A stretch of 64,000 bases of DNA from Blasia pusilla (taxonomy: Eukaryota): assembly GCA_050084515.1 (NCBI GenBank), contig CM114271.1, forward strand, positions 12,090,001 to 12,154,000, in the 5' to 3' direction. A model generated the notes under the pieces. It was given only the letters and a program-made list of their open reading frames with translations, was not told the origin of the DNA and searched no databases. The translations under genes and the position numbers were made by a program. Shown here piece by piece: positions 62,640-64,000 of the stretch (within the stretch, counting starts at the first letter, position 1; every line of letters begins with the position of its first letter).

Positions 62640-64000
62640 ATCACTCTTCAAAAAAACTCAGCCCTCTGAGAACATGCTCGCATCTATATATGAGGGTCAT
62701 CAAGGTTCAACACCTCACCAACATCTTGACAAATGGCCGCAGGTAAATATGGCTCTCGGCCATAAAGCAACACGTACGGTGAGAAAGACCCTAAGGATGC
62801 CTGCCTACTAAATGTGTATCCCATCACCAACCATGACAACTGAAGGTCCCAATCTCCTAGGTGACCTATCTACAAGCCTTACTTGCACAATCCTCTCTTC
62901 ACCGCCTGCACGACCCTCTCCACTAGTTCATCCGCTTGAGGATGATCTCGCGACGTGGTGTGGTGGTCGATCAACGTATGATCACACAAGGCTTGAAACT
63001 CCCCATAAAACTCCGTATCCTGGTCTTTCAACACCTCATCTAGTGCGCCGTAATGACTCAACACTCAATCTAGGAAGGCAAACGCTACTCCCTCACTTCC
63101 TTTGTCAGGCAATGCAACTTGCTCTATCCACTCCGAGAAGTGCTCGACCATCACCAACACATAACAACTATGGCGCTCCGTCAAAGGTAAAGGTCCTGTA
63201 AAATCCAAACTCCATCTATAACCTTAACCCATGATTGGAAGTGGATGCAAGTGTGGAGTTGGAGCATTGAACAATGCTCGGACCCGATCACACACCATGC
63301 ATCTGGCAAAAAATTGATGAACGTCAGTCTACATGCCTCGCCACCAATACTATATCTAGAGAAAGCTATACGTCCGCTTTACTTCAAAATGACCTAACTC
63401 CTCGTGGGCATGACGCACCAAATGTGCTCTCTACAAAGAATGAGGCACTACACATACTCAAAGATCCTCCCAAACTCGCAACACATGTGTCCCCTCCCAC
63501 CGAAATCGTCTGGCTTGCTGTAGGATCTGATCCCACTCTCTAGGATCCACTCTGCTCGCAACACGGCCAATACGTAGGTACTCCAAGACTACTCCATCGT
63601 CGTGAATGTCTCGGCCACCTTTCATCTCCTCACCGGCCTGTGGATCTAAGGACTCTCCATTAGACCTCGCCATCAAAGTCTTAGCAATCATGCTCTCCAT
63701 AGCCAAGAAGCCCAAAAAGGATGACGCGTACCATCTTGGCACGAACCTCCTCATCACTTTTTCCATGCCAATGAGCTTTGGTTGCATCCCGCTAACTCAA
63801 GCATGGGTTACGGCTCAAACCATTTGCATCCTAGTTGAGCGTCCCAGGTCTATGCACCACCTAGAAATCATACTTCATCAACAACAGAGCCCACCTCGCA
63901 AGCTTCCCTGTAAAGTTGTCGGACTCCATCAACCACTTAAGTGGGTGGTGATCAGTAATAATGGTAAAGGGGTTGCTGAATAGATAACACCAGAAATGTG
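62640..64000 (-). mobile_element. Element E4: RNaseH-integrase fragment of the same family, closest to E1; runs off the window
   Basis: Collinear with 10640-13000 and lacks the solo-LTR insertion. Confidence 0.88.

Overview
Eukaryotic, repeat-rich window, probably from a seed-free plant or other streptophyte (inferred from intron style and transposon types). It holds one intact host gene, a spliced RFWD3-like RING-WD40 E3 ligase (about 24.7-32.1 kb, +), among nested, decayed transposons: a Mutator-like remnant, a Helitron Rep remnant, a tRNA-Met-primed chromovirus and its solo LTR, a Copia fragment and another Gypsy pol. The main discovery is an unusual Ty3/Gypsy-type family, present in four or more copies from two diverged subfamilies. 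Its polyprotein order is Gag(2xCCHC)-protease-DNMT3-like cytosine methyltransferase-RT-RNaseH-DDE integrase-PHD finger. Instead of ordinary LTRs it has split direct repeats (X-internal-PPT-Y-nn-X-Y), although its ends are TG...CA. It has no tRNA PBS; the PBS position is complementary to the predicted transcript 5' end (self-priming), and gag may start at a conserved ACG. All copies are pseudogenised, so function is inferred.
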